Shown: positions 1-11,432 of the stretch, in pieces
How the letters are laid out: every line of letters starts with the position of its first letter
Position numbering within the stretch: position 1 is the stretch's first letter
Assembly: GCA_030704615.1 (NCBI GenBank)
Contig: JAKLZA010000079.1
Coordinates: 1 to 40,000 of the forward strand
Origin: Takakia lepidozioides
Taxonomy: Eukaryota; Plantae; Bryophyta
DNA: 40,000 nt
Direction of reading: 5' to 3'
Notes under the pieces: generated by a model
Told to the model about the DNA's origin: nothing
Database searches by the model: none
The model's input: only the letters and a program-made list of their open reading frames with translations
Position numbers and translations under genes: made by a program

Positions 1-761
1 CACCAGGGGTGTCCGTCATGCTTTCGATCCATGTCTGTTAACATCCCGGAGGATTTCTTTGACGAAGAAACAGGTGGAAACTCGAAGATGACATTGCCAT
101 CGACTTCGGGAGGCAGAAACGTTACCTTTCTGACTGGGAATTTGGCATAGTCGAGAGCAGCCAGCTCGGAGCGAGAACCATCGAGGTGATGTTGTCGTAG
201 GAGCTGCACAATGGACCGGGTTGGAGTTATGCTCGAGGGCACATGCGTAGCACCTACAGAGACGTCCATGCCGGATTTGAACGACCGTGTGGAGGACATG
301 GGTACCTCAATGCAATCATCTTCCTCGTTGGAAATGTCGAATACGTCCACACGAGAAGCTACGGAGGGTCTTGACGGTCCAGGTCGGGAATGATTATCGT
401 TGCATACCTCTCTGTTGGCAGTGGCCGCCTCTCGGTTTCCGGACTCCTTTGTGGATGGTGTGGGCAGCGACTGATTCGGAAAGGGAATGGGCATTCCCAC
501 AGCTCGGTACAGGATGGTGTCTGACGGGGGAACGTGCCATTCGATTCCGCAACCTCCGTCGTTACCTAGCACGACAATGGTCTCGTCAACCTGTCCAGGA
601 ACATCCTTCCTTTCTTCTTCCAAATAAACTGTGCCCGGTTTGAGCTTGAATTTGGAACAAAGGTAAGTTTCAGTCACTCTGCAAAGTCCTCCCTCGTTTG
701 GGATCCAGGCTCTCCCAAGTTGCGGAGGACAGCAAACTATAGCGTAGGAATTCGGAGCCAT
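1..761 (-). CDS. 5' part of the element A transposase (continues off window)
   Basis: Reverse complement of 19182-19941; open through KKSSGMLTDMDRKHDGHPW. Confidence 0.85.
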   Translation of the reverse strand, partial: MAPNSYAIVCCPPQLGRAWIPNEGGLCRVTETYLCSKFKLKPGTVYLEEERKDVPGQVDETIVVLGNDGGCGIEWHVPPSDTILYRAVGMPIPFPNQSLPTPSTKESGNREAATANREVCNDNHSRPGPSRPSVASRVDVFDISNEEDDCIEVPMSSTRSFKSGMDVSVGATHVPSSITPTRSIVQLLRQHHLDGSRSELAALDYAKFPVRKVTFLPPEVDGNVIFEFPPVSSSKKSSGMLTDMDRKHDGHPW

Positions 762-930
762 CGAACACCGCACGGAGTTGGCAAGTGCGAGGTTCAGTAT
801 AGCGACAGACCAAGGCTCACAGGCACCATGCGGAGTCCATCGACGATTGGAAGTCGCACATTGAAGTGGAAAGTATTACGACAGCTTCATACAGCGCAAT
901 TCCGACCGCTTGAGACATTCATACTATCCA

Positions 931-2000
931 GAACGGAAATGCGGCAACGCATTTCCGTTTTGACTGAAAATCGTGAACCATCTGAACTAAAATGCGGCAC
1001 CGTATTTCCATCCGAGTCGCACCAACCAACATTCCAGAACGGAAATGCGGTACCGCATTTCCGTTCTGACTGAAAATCGTGAACCGTCGGAACTGAAATG
1101 CGGCAACGGATTTCCATCCGAGTCGCACTTCCCAACATTCCAGAACGGAATGTATTAGATTCAAAAGGGAAATGCGGCACCGCATTTCCGTTCTGATGAA
1201 ATATCCTGAAACCTCGGAACTGAAATGCGGTACCGCATTTCCGTCGGAGTCGCACCTTCCGACATTCCAAAACGGAAATGCGGCGCCGCATTTTCGTTTT
1301 GTATGTGAGGCATGGAGCTGTGGAACAAAAATGCGGCACGGCATTTCCGCCAGCGTCAGACGTTAATACTCTACAGAACGGAAATGCGGTACCGCATTTC
1401 CATTCTGACTGAAAATCGTGCGCAACGGGAACAGAAATCCGGCACCGCATTTCCGTTCCAGTCGCACCTTCCGACATTCTAGAACGGAAATGCGGCGCCG
1501 CATTTCCGTTTTGTATATTGGGCCTGGAGCTGTGCTACGAAAATGTGTAGCAGCATTTCCATCCATGTGAGACCTTCAAAGTTTCCGGACCGGAAATGCG
1601 GCACCGCATTTCTGTCCAGGTAAGACCTCTATACTTTCCCGAACGGAAATGTGGCACGACATTTCCATTCATCATCTAACGGATGTGAAGTGGGAACGGA
1701 AATGCGGTACCGCATTTCCGTTCACATTGAAAATCATGAACCACTGGGAACAGAAATGTTGTGCCTCATTCCCGTCCCAATCGCACCTTTCGACATTCCA
1801 GAACGGAAATGCGGCGCCGCATTTCCCTTTTGAATCTCATACTTGGAGCTGTGGGACGGAAATGCGGCACCGTATTTCCGTTCAACAACTAAGGTATGTG
1901 AAGGTGGAACGGAAATGCGGTGCCGCATTTCTTCCAACAAGTACGGATGTGTAGCTTCGTGATGGTACTTAACGGAAATGCGGCGCCGCATTCGCATTTT
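931..2000. repeat. Array of ~20 palindromes GGAAATGCGGYRCCGCATTTCC, 53-bp period (element A intergenic)
   Basis: Starts counted at 935, 988, 1041, 1094, 1168, 1221, 1274, 1327, 1380, 1433, 1486, 1539, 1592, 1645, 1698, 1752, 1805, 1858, 1911, 1974. Confidence 0.92.
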
Positions 2001-2343
2001 CGCTCCAACTCATCAGACGCTGGGACGGAAATACCTTGAAATGTGAACACGTGGAGCACGGAATTGCTGCACATGTCGGCACTCTATCTGACTGAAGGGG
2101 CATGAGGGCGGCGCGGCCTGACCGTTCGATAATGATGTTTGTTTTTCGGACGGCAGGCGTACCTCAACGATTCGAATTTCGTAATGACGCAAACTCCCCG
2201 AGGAGACACTTTCGTCCAACCCTTTCGAACCCAAGTGGTGCATCACCGCCGTTTCATCTACTTTTGTCGTGTCTCCTCAGTCACCCCTCTCGCGCCCTTT
2301 CCATCTGCACTCTTTGCCCCTTTTCCCTGTCTCTGTTCTTCTT

Positions 2344-5300
2344 ATGCTCGAACCTGAGAGGGGGGGAGTTCATGCACCAGACATGAGACCTTGTCGCAAG
2401 CTCCGAAAATTATACTTCGGACGTAGGCCAATGCCGAAGGGGAGGAAGCAGATGCGTCTATAGGAGGAGATTGCCATCTCCGAGCAGCAGGCCACTCAGG
2501 CAACCCAGCCACCAGTGAGAGCTCCATGCGATCGGGCTACGCGCAGCTGATCGAGCACCGAACCCCCCATTTTGCTTCTGTAATTCTTAGACTGAATGCT
2601 AGGAGACTTGAATGCAGAACATGTTTGCATGCCTAACAGGAAAGGTGGACGTGCTGGAGGGATCGCAGGAATCCGAAGAGCCGCAGGAAGAGTCCGAGGA
2701 GCTAGCTGCAGCACGTACACCCACCCGATCCCCGAGCGCGGGTATTCCTGCCGGGCCTAGCCCTCTGCGATTCAAAGACGCGTCTTCGAAGGGCAAGTTC
2801 AAAGTCCCAGAGATCGACGATCGCGTTCTTCGGTCATGTAGAATCGCCAGCAGGGGTCGGGCCCTTCTCCAGCAAAGTCGAAGAAAAGAAGCAGCCCGTC
2901 CCTCTACTGGCTTCTGAACCGGCTCAGGCCGATTCACCCCCCCCAACGCGAATGAAGCAGCAGGGTAGAAGACAGATTCAATTGCAGCAGCAGACACCTT
3001 CACTGCAAAGGATGAGGAAGCAGAAGGCAATCAGGGCGACGGGCGAACAATCTCCCGCAAACCGCTTCCACGAGCTGAAGCTCAGTTCCTGGAGGATTTC
3101 CCGCCTGTCAGATGTTGGGGCCGACTCTGCTGCAGCGAAGGCAATGGGATCGACCGTTGATCTCGATTTGGTACCGGAGGAGGGTGCTGCCGCTCAACTT
3201 TCGCAGCAAGACCTCACCACCGATGAGCAAGCAGGCCCGGAGGAGGCCTCTGCAATGGCAGAATTGCCCGCAGACAGGCCCCAGAGTGCAGCTCCAGTTG
3301 AGGATGCTCCAGCTGCTCAGCCACTACCGCACCTACAGACATGTCTCGGGAGGATTTCAAAAGTGCAGCGGATAAAATGTTGGAGGAGACACACAGTAGC
3401 ATTGGCAGAGTTCTGGGCAGCAGGGTATTCCAGCGGACTCTTCGAATCCCACTCTGTCGCATGGTCTCCCTTCCCATCGTCAGGCAGGCCCTTCCCGGAG
3501 ATGTGGATAAGCAAGTTCGCATTTCGAGAAGGGTACCGTCTGGGATCGGCAGCGTTTTACGTTCCATTGAGAATGAGGACGGCGAAACTCGTGGACCCAC
3601 TGCCGATGAATTGTCAACGTGGGATACCCACTGGCACACTCGCAACCACGAATTTGAGGCGACGCTGAAGGTGATCCCGACTTTGGCCATATGTCGGGTA
3701 AAATGTTCTTTGTGTGGGACGGGAATCACCGACTTCTCGCCTGGTGGGAGTACATCAAGCAGAACCATGCCAAGCACATTGGCTGGCATTACATGGTGGA
3801 GTGTGTCAATCCTCAGGTGAAGGCGGCAGACTCCTCCCTGCTCAAGAATGCCATGGCGGACCTCAACTCGTAAGATACTCATACCCTCCCTAGCACGTTC
3901 GAAATGCGGTGCCGCATTTCGGTTTCCATTCTGGTTTGTTTCCGTGCTTCCGTGTACTGAACTGGAGAGTGTGCCTTGCAGGGTCACTGAAATGCGTACG
4001 TGCATACCCACATGGCACATATGCTGTAGAGGGGTGAGGAAAACTGGTCTCCGCAGATGTTTGCGGAAATGCTGGAGCCCGAGCTCATTCAGAAAGCCGT
4101 TGCAAAAACAGACCGGACATGGTATCGTCTCACTATGGATGGAATGGTGGAGGTGATATACGAAGTAAGTCGTCCTCCAATTTCCTCTGCTCATCCTTCC
4201 CAATTTCAGTAATGTTTCCACATGAATCGAATGTAACGCTTCTGCATGTTTTTTGTTGGCAGTCAAACATCAAGCTGGATTTGGCCCATGCCAAACGCTT
4301 CTTCATGGAAAGTGAGGGGCAGGTCAAAACGTTGCAGTCATTGACTGAGCACTTGAAGGAAGCCGGTGTCAAGTCCAGAACCAAATACAAGTCAAAGCTT
4401 GTGAAGCTGGTGGCAATTGGCAGATCGGCACTTGGAAAGGACTTCATCCCCGAGATTGCAAAACACTATTCTCGGGCCATGCAGCCGACCATGCATTGGA
4501 GAAACTGCATCACCTCTCAACGGCATGTGTGGAGGCGAAAGAGAAGGTGAGGTTTCAATGCACTGAAGTTCCTTCCTAGCAATAGCCACTCTCTTCCAGC
4601 TCCTGACATTGGATCGGAAATGGCAGACACGGTGGCTGTCGATCTGGAATGCATCCGAGAGCATAAGGACAATGTGGTCTTTTCCACTCGAAGTTTCCGA
4701 CCCTGCAGTGGATGTGTGGCTCAACCGTATGACTTGGTGGTTCCAGGTAATTCAAGGTACTTCCCAGATTTGCTTTTCTGAACATGAATTCCCTGAACTG
4801 CTACGTGACAATGGATTTGGGAATCGCAGGTAATGTCGAATGCGAAGGAGCAAGTCGTAATGCACACAAATTCGTTCGGCTTGTACGTCAAATGGGATGG
4901 AACACAGACATTGGAAGACTACGTGACACGTTTCAGATGTGCGTACAAGGACAACCTTTTCGCCAGAGAGCTACAGACAGCAAGAAGGAGCGTGGAGTTT
5001 ACACATCAGGAGGGAGCGGGGAAAGCTGCAATGCGAATTGTTTACAGGTGAAGCACAGCTGCCCTTGTATGCGAAGCCTGGTACGAGGTTTGTCTCGGAA
5101 ATGCGGCACCGCATTCGCATTTTATGTTTTCGGTGGCACTCTGCCAGTAGGTTGGTCTCAAGTTTTGCTCACGCATACTGACTGCCTTGCAGGTATATGA
5201 AATACGTGCTCTTTCAGACAGGGGCCCTGGCTCAAGAGCCCCCTTTTTCATGGCTTGGACCATGGCGGGCCCAAGCTGTGTCTACACACCCAAGATGCAG

Positions 5301-7546
5301 AAACAATGGCATCCCGCGCATCTCGTTGGATGCCCTGGTACCTGGACATGTCTGGCGGTATTGTTGACGAGTCTGAGAAAGATCTGCACGCCTGGCAGAA
5401 GAGAAGAGAAAGGAAAGACGTGTCCCTGCTGGGCCAAAGTCGGCAAAGGAATCTGCTGCTGCTGGAAGAATCCAGAAAGGCAGCTGAGATGGCACAAAAG
5501 ACGGTGGATGCAGCTGTGCAGGCCCAACAGAAGGGGTCGAAGAAGAGGACTCGTCAGCAAGGAGCAGCTGTTGTGACACCCGCCAAAACGAAGAAGCAGA
5601 AACAGCCTGTTCAGGAAGAGGGTGAGGAAGAGGACTCCGATGGAGACTTTGCAACCAGCCCACCCCCCCAAAACGCAGGCTGCCTCCCATGTGCCCACCG
5701 TTGTCACGAGAGGCACGAGAACTGGCTCGGCAAAGAAGGCACTCTTCAACCCCCAGGGGGGCACCCTTTCGAGCCGGTGGAAATGAAGAGGCCGAAAGTG
5801 GCTCCCGAAACTGTAGTCCAGTGTTGTAAATGAGAGTTTCTTGGCGGCTTTGGATGGACGGGCAGCCAAGTTGGCATACCTGAAGACCATGGAGGGTCTG
5901 AAGGGCAGAGCACTGAAGAAAGCGACTGCCGAAGAGCCTTCCGACACCCAGGATTTCAGAATATGGTCTCGTTCTTTGAGAGGGTGTGTGCAGACAAGGA
6001 TTGTAGGAGGGGCGGAAATGCCACCGAGTGGTCTTGCGATATGATCATCTTGGATATTCCGGACGGAGAGCCTGTGGAAGGACTGCAAGCTTTGCCATCT
6101 TGGAACAGGTACTCGGAGGACTTTTGGAAGAAAGGATTCGGGCTTGCCCGCATGGTGTTGGACGACAGAGGCTGTGTGGTTGTCCTGGCGAGCAGAGGAA
6201 AAAACACTCACAGAGAACAGGAATTGCGAAGTGGACCCGCAAGAGCGCCGTCCCGATTCTGAAAAAGAAGTGGACGTGCATCAACACACTGGGCCTTCGG
6301 TCGGAAGGGAAGAAGGTGATTACGACACTGGCACTCGTCCATTCATTTGCTTGGGTGTTTTCAAATGCGGTGCCGCATTCGGTTTCTAATCGTTTTCCCC
6401 CTGTGTATGCAGACGAAGCAGTTCGATGCATACTGCTTTGTGAAGGAGAACTCCACCTTTGCTTTCCGGAAGGAGGGAGGAAAGGTTGACCCGAACTGCG
6501 ACCCACTCGATTACGACGTTCTGTTCAACAACGTTCCAAGGAACTTCTCCCTCATAGCCTCACTTCAACGGAACCCCTGCGGTACTCACGGACTCGGAGC
6601 CCTGCCTTCATTCAGACAATTATGGAGACATGCACAGACGTGGAGGGCACAGTGCTCGACCTCATCTGTGGGACAGGTATGCAGAATCTTGATCTCTGCT
6701 GTTCTGCAAATTCTCGTTAGGATGTAGTTCGCAACATCTGAAGCGCCATGTGGTAATGTGTGGATGGCATTGTAACAGGTGCCTCAATGTGGGCTGGGCG
6801 GTTTTCCGACCGGCACCTCTTTGCCTACGAGGAGGATTCATCCGTGTGGGGATCCCATCTGGAAGGGCTGCAACGGAATGTGAAGGCTCCCGACAGAGCG
6901 GAAGTCTCCTCGGATTCGTCGGAGTCCGAGGAAGACACAGTGGACATTGATGCGGAGGAGAACCCGGAATACGAGTGAGTGCAAACATTGTAAGTTTGCA
7001 AAGCCTTCTGGGTCATTTATGTCAAACGAATTTCCCGACTGTGGTTCTCATTAGTCTCGTTGATGATTGTCATGTGCAGGATTGCAGGGTCCGGGTCGAA
7101 ACATGTAGGGCCTACACTTCCTGCCAGGAAGAATGTCCCGTCTTTGCGAGGGCCGATTTCATGACGAGCCCGGTGAGGGACTACTCCCTTCCTAGTTATG
7201 CAGCTAAACTCGCAAATACAGCGATTAGAAGAAGTGAGAATCCCAGTAAAGTAGAGCAGATTTTGGAGAGGGCTAGGAGGACAGAAGGATAAGGAAAGAG
7301 TTGGCAGCAGCTCAGACAGGTAGACGGGTACGAAAGTACATATGTGATTCAGCGGATGAGAGCGACGCAGACAGGGAGGAAGACGACCCAACGGAGGTGA
7401 GATGGACAGTTCCGCAAGGGGAAGATGGGATTTTCGAAAGCCTGGCCAACGAGCAGTCCGCTGGAGATGAGAGAGGCACTGAGGGGGTGGAGGAGGAGCA
7501 GGACAGTCTAGAACAGGATGAGGATTCGGATGATTTTCAAGATTAA
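2344..7546 (+). pseudogene. ParB/Srx-like domain plus beta-class N6A/N4C DNA methyltransferase-fold protein, element A (~10 exons, stop and frameshifts)
   Basis: FFVWDGNHRLLAW (ParB-like). CDMIILDIPDG (motif IV-like), LARMVLDDRGCVVV, SPAFIQTIMETCTDVEGTVLDLICGTG/ASMWAG..LFAYEED (motifs X-I-II). Predicted exons ~2344-2514, 2640-3869, 3982-4164, 4263-4546, 4627-4746, 4830-5047, 5193-6315, 6413-6676, 6779-6974, 7080-7546; first intron uncertain. TAG at 2461 is CAG in B. Confidence 0.8.
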
Positions 7547-7679
7547 TAGAATTTTAATGAAGTCTCTGTAAATGTAAATTCTCTTCCAGAGTATATAAAG
7601 AAATTCTGCCCGACATTCGTGACCCCTCTCCAGTGTGCATTCCAGCCACACAATCGCCAAACCACGACGCTCCCAAAAT

Positions 7680-8375
7680 CAGAAATGGGGCACCGCATTT
7701 CCAAAACAGGGGAACTCTAAGAACCTCTTTTCGAAATGCGGCACCGCATTTCCAAAACAGGGGAGGGACTAAATTTTCATTTCAATGTTGGCATAGTAAA
7801 AGTAATCTGAATTGGAAATGCGGTGCTGCATTTCCAAAATTTCCTTTGTCCACACGCCAGTTTTGGCCTCTCCAACTCATTGCATGGATGCCACCACGCT
7901 TACAGAGGTCGAACAACGAGGTCGAACAAGGAGGTCGACATGGCGGGATTGAAAATGCGGTGCCGCATTCAGTATTGGGGATGGTCGTTGTTCGAAATGC
8001 AGGCCCATCAGCAAAAATTGGCACCGCATTCCATTGTAAAAAAAAGTCGATGACGGACATGGAAATGCGGCGCCGCATTTCCAGAACGGACATCGCAATT
8101 TGTCCATTTGCAGACCCTCTCACGGAAATGCGGTAACGCATTCCATCGCGCTGGTCGGAAATGTCACACTTTTCGAAGTGTTGGACGGAAATGCGGCACC
8201 GCATTCCCTTGTCCAAAAGAAGTTTCCATTGCCAAGCTGGAAATGCGTCGCCGCATTTGCAATGCCAACCTCGTTGTCTGTCAATTTATAGACCCGTGTT
8301 GGTATTTCGTGTACCTGGACGGAAATGATGCACCGCATTTCGATGCCGACATGGAAATGCGGTGCCGCATTTCAA
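7680..8375. repeat. Palindrome cluster downstream of the ParB-MTase gene (A)
   Basis: About 10 copies, e.g. 8061, 8124, 8187, 8239, 8321, 8353. Confidence 0.85.
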
Positions 8376-8630
8376 TGTCCGACATGGCGTTACTCTGGTA
8401 TATTCTTGACACATGACTCACATACCGGTTACTCTGCTATATTCATCCGGACAGACACATTGTAGAAATGAGACATCAAATTGTAAACAGTGGGCCAATT
8501 CCGACAGTTATTCAACACAATGAAACACAATCATACAGAAGTGAGGTACGATGGGTTTATTGATCGGACACGATGTCTCACATTTACCAACTACAGACAA
8601 AACTAAGCCCTTCCTCCTTCTACATGGGCT

Positions 8631-8846
8631 TCACCAAGTCGACGGAACTTCGATACCCCTCAAAACAAGCTCATCACTGCTGCGGCACCTCGAGGTAAAC
8701 TGCAATTCGGTCGTTCTGCTGCCCTTGCTGGAGCCGACGACAATGTCATGTCCATCAATGATACCACCATCATACATTGACAAGGTCACTGTAGGCCTCA
8801 TGTGCCCGTGCGATTCGTCTTCGCAACTCAGCTGAATGTCTCCATA
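8631..8846 (-). pseudogene. Orphan cargo X2, 3' part
   Basis: YGDIQLS...YDGGIIDGHDIVV...ELVLRGIEVPSTW aligns to the X1 C-terminus and is in frame with the 5' part once B and one TSD are removed (192 aa). Confidence 0.75.
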
Positions 8847-8854
8847 CACTGGAA
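8847..8854. repeat. Left target-site duplication of element B (CACTGGAA)
   Basis: Exact direct repeat of 23640-23647, abutting the terminus. Confidence 0.92.
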
Positions 8855-8936
8855 GGGGGCTGCTATTTCATGAGCCATGAGCCATGAGCGGCATGAGCCA
8901 TGAGCAGAGTCGTAAGTGTGGAAAAAAACATGAGCA
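8855..8936 (+). repeat. Left TIR and subterminal CATGAG repeats, element B
   Basis: GGGGGCTGCTATTTCATGAGCCATGAGCCATGAGCGGCATGAGCCATGAGC... Confidence 0.85.
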
Positions 8937-9317
8937 GCACTATTTTCCGGAAATGAGTGTCCGCGGGAATAGGGTTTAGGGTGCCACGGTCATAGGGGGA
9001 GAAGGACCTCCCGATGAAGGAGGTTCGGCAATGTTATTTAGAATTATATATTGAAAGGCAATGTTTCGCGAATGGTAGGGTGGTACTGCTCTGTACAATG
9101 GGGGCCCATTTCAGCCTACCAGCCATTTGCAAAATTCACCCACACTCCCAATCCCAAACGAAATGAGCAATGACGCATTCTCGGAACAATGGACACAGAA
9201 TAGAATAAAAAGAGGGCACAATGAGGTTTTTATTGATCCACATGAATTGCATTTGAAGCACGTCTACTGTGCTGATTGTGCCCTCAAATCTTGAGCCCTG
9301 TGCCTACTGAATACAAG

Positions 9318-9881
9318 TCACGTTGTCAATGGGACTTCGACTGCTCTCAGAACTAGCTCATGAGTCCTGGGGCTCCTCCATGTAAAGTCGATTGCAGCCG
9401 TTGTACCGCCCCTAGTGATGTTCACCACAATGTCCTGCCCTTCAATCATACCACCATCGAATATGGAAATCTTCACGTTTTCGTCGTCCACACCAATGCG
9501 AATGTCCCCATACAATGGAGAAGAGGAGCGCACTCCTCGAGGAGAATAGGTCTCTCCGATGGAGTCCACCCACGTCCAGTGGCAGCAGTTCCACCGCAAC
9601 AGCATAGCAGTGCGCCTTCTTCTGCATGGGTGACCGTCGTAGCTGGGAAAATCGGAATCGAGGATGCGCAGGAGCCACGGACTCCTCAAACCAAGATCGT
9701 CACCCCGCTCGAAGGCGTAGTGGCCTACGATATACTCAAAAGCCACCAATGTTTCCACAATCGAACCAGTATCTTCTGTGTAATCTGTGTACCAGATAAC
9801 AATGTCTCCCGATGTGGCCGAATACATTGCATAATCGATGCCTCCAAAGGGGCAGTCGTCCCGGTTCCGGAAGCACGGCAT
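9318..9881 (-). CDS. Orphan cargo protein X1 (187 aa, unknown function), element B, intact
   Basis: Open frame MPCFRNRDDCPF...ELVLRAVEVPLTT. Full-length similarity to paralog X2, including a shared start context AAGGATGCCGTGC. Confidence 0.72.
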   Translation of the reverse strand: MPCFRNRDDCPFGGIDYAMYSATSGDIVIWYTDYTEDTGSIVETLVAFEYIVGHYAFERGDDLGLRSPWLLRILDSDFPSYDGHPCRRRRTAMLLRWNCCHWTWVDSIGETYSPRGVRSSSPLYGDIRIGVDDENVKISIFDGGMIEGQDIVVNITRGGTTAAIDFTWRSPRTHELVLRAVEVPLTT

Positions 9882-10519
9882 CCTTGCAATGGAGGACCTG
9901 AGGACGACTTGGATGCCGATGACCTTGCGGACAGCTACGAAGCCCTTAGATTTTGGAAAAGATACGAAGCGGAAGAGCAGTCCGGCCTCCAAAATGGAGC
10001 ATCTGGGTCACACGTACCCACCGACGGAGGTGGAACGTGTTCATCACGCCAGCGGTGGATGAAGCCATACATCTTTCTCATCAACAAGTTATAGTTTGAG
10101 ATCTGCCACCGAAGTCCATCCCCCCGGATGGAAATTCGGCGCCGCATTTACATCGAAGGGGGATGGACTTCGTCGTGTCCAGTGGCTATCGGCCCACCTG
10201 GCAGTGACTGCCCATAGTTTGCATGGCAGGGTAGGAAACTGAAACGGCTACATTCATGCAGCAGCCAATCTTCATCGGTCCAGGATCCTGTACGGGGGAA
10301 ATTTAAATGTGCCCTGGAGTGTGCCCTGGAATGTACCTCACTCTGTATGACTGTGTTTCATTGTGTTGAATAACTCTCGGATTTGGCCCACTGTTTACAA
10401 TTTGATGTCTCATTTCTACAATTTTCTGTCTGGTTGAATAAAGCAGAGTAACCGGTATGTGAGTCATGTGTCAAGAATATACCAGAGTAACGCCATGTCG
10501 GACATTGAAATAATGTCGG

Positions 10520-11295
10520 CATAACCGCATTTCCATGTCGGCAAATGCGGCGATGTCGGATCGAAATGCATTTCCATGTCGGACATCGAAATCGGGACAT
10601 CCGGCACCGCATTTCCATGTGGGACAAGAAAATGCGGTGCATCATTTCCGTCCAGGTACACGAAATACCAACACGGGTCTATAAATTGATCAGAAAACGA
10701 GGTTGGCATTGCAAATGCGGCGACGCATTTCCAGCTTGGCAATGGAAACTTCTTTTTGGACAAGGGAATGCGGTGCCGCATTTCCGTCCAACACTTCGAA
10801 AAGTGCACCTATTTCCGACCAGCGCGATGGAATGCGTTACCGCATTTCCGAGAGAGGGTCTGCAAATTGACAAATTGCGATGTCCGTTCTGGAAATGCGG
10901 CGCCGCATTTCCATGTCCGTCATCGACTTTTTTTTTACAATGGAATGCGGTGCCAGTTTTTGCTGATGGGTCTGCAGTTCGAACAACCACCATCCCCAAT
11001 ATGGAAATGCGGCACCGCATTTCCAATCCCGCCATGTCGGCCTCCTTGTTCGACCTCTTGTTCGACCTCTGTAAGCGTGGTGGCATCCATGCAATGAGCG
11101 GGAGAGGCCAAAACTGGCGTGTGGACAAAGGAAATTTTGGAAATGCGGCACCGCATTCCCAATTCAGATTACTTTTTACTATGCCAACATTGAAATGGAA
11201 AAATTAGTCCCTCCCCTGTTTTGGAAATGCGGTGCCGCATTTCCAAAAGAGGTTCTTAGAGTTGCCAAAATTTTGGAAATGCCCTGACCCATTTC
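10520..11295. repeat. Palindrome cluster downstream of the ParB-MTase gene (B)
   Basis: Mirror of 7680-8375 with extra scrambled part-copies near 10510-10620. Confidence 0.82.
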
Positions 11296-11432
11296 TGATT
11301 TTGGGAGCGTCCTGGTTTGGGCGATTGTGTGGCTGGAATGCACACTGGAGAGGGGTCACGAATGTCGGGCAGAATTTTCTTTATATACTCTGGAAGAGAA
11401 TTTACATTTACAGAGACTTCATTAAAATTCTA

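Noticed and set aside
931-2000. CRISPR array (palindromic repeat with constant-length variable spacers)
   Set aside because: Spacers are diverged relatives of each other, repeats are degenerate and also dispersed singly, there are no cas genes, and the context is eukaryotic.
3214-6211. Long antisense ORFs (3214-4266, 5282-6211; similarly 12766-13692, 9360-10094, 21513-22190)
   Set aside because: Shadows of the real genes on the opposite strand; no motifs and not conserved in C.
8970-8982. Plant telomere-like AGGGTTTAGGG near the left end
   Set aside because: Under two units and only loosely echoed in C; insufficient evidence.
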